Positions 27,098 to 28,898 of a stretch of 28,898 bases of DNA are shown one piece after another. The notes under the pieces were generated by a model that worked only from the letters and a program-made list of their open reading frames with translations, was not told the DNA's origin and ran no database searches. Origin of the DNA: Candidatus Thorarchaeota archaeon (GTDB taxonomy: Archaea > Asgardarchaeota > Thorarchaeia > Thorarchaeales > Thorarchaeaceae); NCBI GenBank assembly GCA_003345545.1, contig PRDH01000068.1, positions 1 to 28,898 on the forward strand. Reading direction: 5' to 3'. Each line of letters opens with the position of its first letter. Within the stretch, counting starts at the first letter, position 1. The position numbers were made by a program, and so were the translations under genes.

Positions 27098-27694
27098 TTG
27101 TACAGTATAGTGACAGTGAAAGATGTCGTACGCATTCCACCAGCACAATTCGGGTCACCTATAGAGGATGCAGCGATGATTCACTTGCGGAAACAGCATG
27201 AGAATGTCCTGGATCGCGATGTTGGCCTGATGATTGCTGTAATAGGGATAGATGAAATTGGGCAGGGTCGCCTGATTCCCGGTGATGGAGCAACATACCA
27301 TGCGGTGACCTATCGTGTGCTTACGTTCAAGCCTCTCCGAGGAGAGCTTGTAGAGGGTAATGTCGTCGAGCTCATGGACTTTGGGGCATTCATTCGAATG
27401 GGCCCACTGGACGGTCTATGTCATGTGAGCCAGATATGTGATGACTTCATCACTCAGGACACAAAGGGAAGTGCACTTCTTGGAAAGGAAACTGGACGTA
27501 TGCTCGCAGAGGGCGACATGGTTCGTGCCAGAGTCACATCAATCAGCTTCGAGTCTGGCAATAAATCAGGAAAGCTGGGACTCACTATGAGACAGCCATT
27601 CCTTGGAAAGATTGGACCAGACCAGTCATGGGTAGAGGATGATGTGAAGGCTGCCCGCGGCGAAACCAAGAAGGAGAAAGAGAAGAAGAAGTAG
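27098..27694 (+). CDS. rpoE1: RNA polymerase subunit E' (Rpo7)
   Basis: DVVRIPP, GDGATY, S1 domain FGAFIRMGPLDGLCHVSQI and LTMRQPFLGK motifs. Confidence 0.96.
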   Translation: MYSIVTVKDVVRIPPAQFGSPIEDAAMIHLRKQHENVLDRDVGLMIAVIGIDEIGQGRLIPGDGATYHAVTYRVLTFKPLRGELVEGNVVELMDFGAFIRMGPLDGLCHVSQICDDFITQDTKGSALLGKETGRMLAEGDMVRARVTSISFESGNKSGKLGLTMRQPFLGKIGPDQSWVEDDVKAARGETKKEKEKKK

Positions 27695-27719
27695 CTGGGA
27701 GGGAAATGAAATAGCAAAG

Positions 27720-27923
27720 ATGAAAGCGTGTCGAGCCTGTCACTACCTCACAAGCGAGAGTATGTGTCCCAACTGCAAGAGTACTAGTCTGTCTACTTCA
27801 TATACGGGGATTGTAGTCATTCTTCCAGGAAAGAGCCTACATGACGACCCCAGAAAAGACTCCTATGTGGCCTCGCGACTCAACATTGACAAGCCAGGCA
27901 AGTACGCATTGAAAGTTCGCTAG
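27720..27923 (+). CDS. spt4: Transcription elongation factor Spt4 (RpoE'')
   Basis: KACRAC...CPNC and PGKYALKVR motifs; follows rpoE'. Confidence 0.93.
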   Translation: MKACRACHYLTSESMCPNCKSTSLSTSYTGIVVILPGKSLHDDPRKDSYVASRLNIDKPGKYALKVR

Positions 27924-27933
27924 TGTCACTGGT

Positions 27934-27946
27934 GAAAGATTTATTA
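27934..27946 (+). promoter_or_regulatory. Putative BRE/TATA for rps24e-rps27ae
   Basis: GAAAGATTTATTA in the spt4-rps24e spacer. Confidence 0.45.
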
Positions 27947-28011
27947 GACAACTCCAAGTCGGCTGGCTGACCCCACAGCTGATGTGGTCTGATTCTCAGT
28001 AAGTGATGCCA

Positions 28012-28317
28012 ATGAAAGTAGAGATTCTAAAGGAGAAGGAAAACAAGCTCCTCGCACGAAAGGAGATAGAGTTCAGGATAGAACACGTAGGTGCAACTAC
28101 TCCGAGTAGGGCTGACATTCGTGCGAAGATCTCAGCACAGTATAATGCGGACGCCGCAGCCGTTGTGATCAAGAAGCTCAAAACAAAGTATGGAATCGGA
28201 AAGACCGAAGGCTCCGCAAGGGTATATGCCACTCCTGAGCAGATGAACAGGATTGAACTCGACTACATCATTAAGCGTCATGAACCAAAGAAGAAGAAGA
28301 AGGAAGGCGAAGAGTAA
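28012..28317 (+). CDS. rps24e: 30S ribosomal protein eS24 (S24e); alternative starts 28003/28006
   Basis: [15 protein letters not shown] and TKYG..KTEG.ARVY motifs. Confidence 0.95.
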   Translation: MKVEILKEKENKLLARKEIEFRIEHVGATTPSRADIRAKISAQYNADAAAVVIKKLKTKYGIGKTEGSARVYATPEQMNRIELDYIIKRHEPKKKKKEGEE

Positions 28318-28478
28318 TGCCACAGGCACATACCATGTACAAGGTCGACAAGGCCGGAAAGGTGACAACCAACAAGAGAGCATGTCCCCGTTGCGAAAAA
28401 GGCACCTTCATGGCAGAGCACTCGAATCGATATGCCTGCGGTCGCTGTGGATATTCCGAGTTCAAGCGTAAGGACTAG
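28317..28478 (+). CDS. rps27ae: 30S ribosomal protein eS31 (S27ae), not in ORF track
   Basis: Manual translation gives [53 protein letters not shown], with CPRC..FMAEH..R..CGRC. TAATG coupling to rps24e. Confidence 0.95.
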   Translation: MPQAHTMYKVDKAGKVTTNKRACPRCEKGTFMAEHSNRYACGRCGYSEFKRKD

Positions 28479-28531
28479 GAAGGTATTCCTTCTGCATCTC
28501 GTCACATGCGTTTTTTCCTGCAGCGGTCAGA

Positions 28532-28789
28532 CTATTCACCCACAATGGCCATCACCCATCTGATGAAGAGAAGTACGCCAACGACCATCGTCAGGAGAAT
28601 GTCAGCCAAGAACGCTCCGGGCACAGTGATCTCCAAGATCGAAGAGAGAATGAGCGCTACTGGAAAGGTCACTATGAAGGGGAGCGTTGCAATCGTGAGA
28701 GAGACCTCCTCGCTTGATACCATCACGTTCACGAGCAGGACTACCCAGATGGCGTAGATAGCAATCAGGAGTGAGGCTTCGATAATCAT
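28532..28789 (-). CDS. Small three-TM hypothetical membrane protein
   Basis: 85-aa hydrophobic ORF with three TM-like segments. ATG preceded by GGAG on the minus strand. Confidence 0.65.
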   Translation of the reverse strand: MIIEASLLIAIYAIWVVLLVNVMVSSEEVSLTIATLPFIVTFPVALILSSILEITVPGAFLADILLTMVVGVLLFIRWVMAIVGE

Positions 28790-28898
28790 TGTGCACGTTC
28801 TCCGTTGGTGAAGCTCTATTCCTATGATAGAACAGTGTGTGTATAACCGGTATGAGCAATCAATAAGAGCTGTTCCGTTCCTTTTCAGCCCATATGAA

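Noticed and set aside
27965-27992. Box C/D sRNA in the spt4-rps24e spacer (CTGA...TGATGT..CTGA)
   Set aside because: There is no room for a guide sequence between the C'-like and D boxes, and no 5' box C.

Overview
This is an archaeal core-genome window with information-processing and proteostasis genes. Gene content (eS30, a stand-alone 5S rRNA gene, DUF1512 beside map, PDZ-containing S2P) points to a TACK/Asgard archaeon, plausibly Thorarchaeia-like; this taxonomy is inference. In order: nitroreductase (5'-truncated), elp3, HEAT-like ORF, rps30e (missed by the ORF track), pyrK-pyrD, nop5-fibrillarin-DUF61, HTH regulator, rnhB, intron-containing tRNA-Trp(CCA), a 673-aa orphan, 5S rRNA, DUF1512 plus a membrane Zn-ribbon protein, two tandem type II MetAPs, an unexplained ~850-bp gap, dnaG, a LonB-type ATPase, pelota, TtuA/NTase/radical-SAM, S2P, rps6e-aIF2gamma-PIN-rpoE'-spt4-rps24e-rps27ae (the last also missed by the ORF track), and a small membrane protein. 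The best novelty candidate is a soluble, Zn-ribbon LonB-type AAA+ ATPase with no protease domain. It ends in an HbYX-like aromatic tail (-NYFF) and sits 27 bp upstream of pelota, so it may be a proteasome-coupled unfoldase linked to ribosome rescue. Other notable points are a probable non-AUG (ATA) start for dnaG, a Trp intron without recognisable C/D boxes, and a YyaC/GPR-like aspartic protease motif in DUF1512. No CRISPR array or mobile element was seen.
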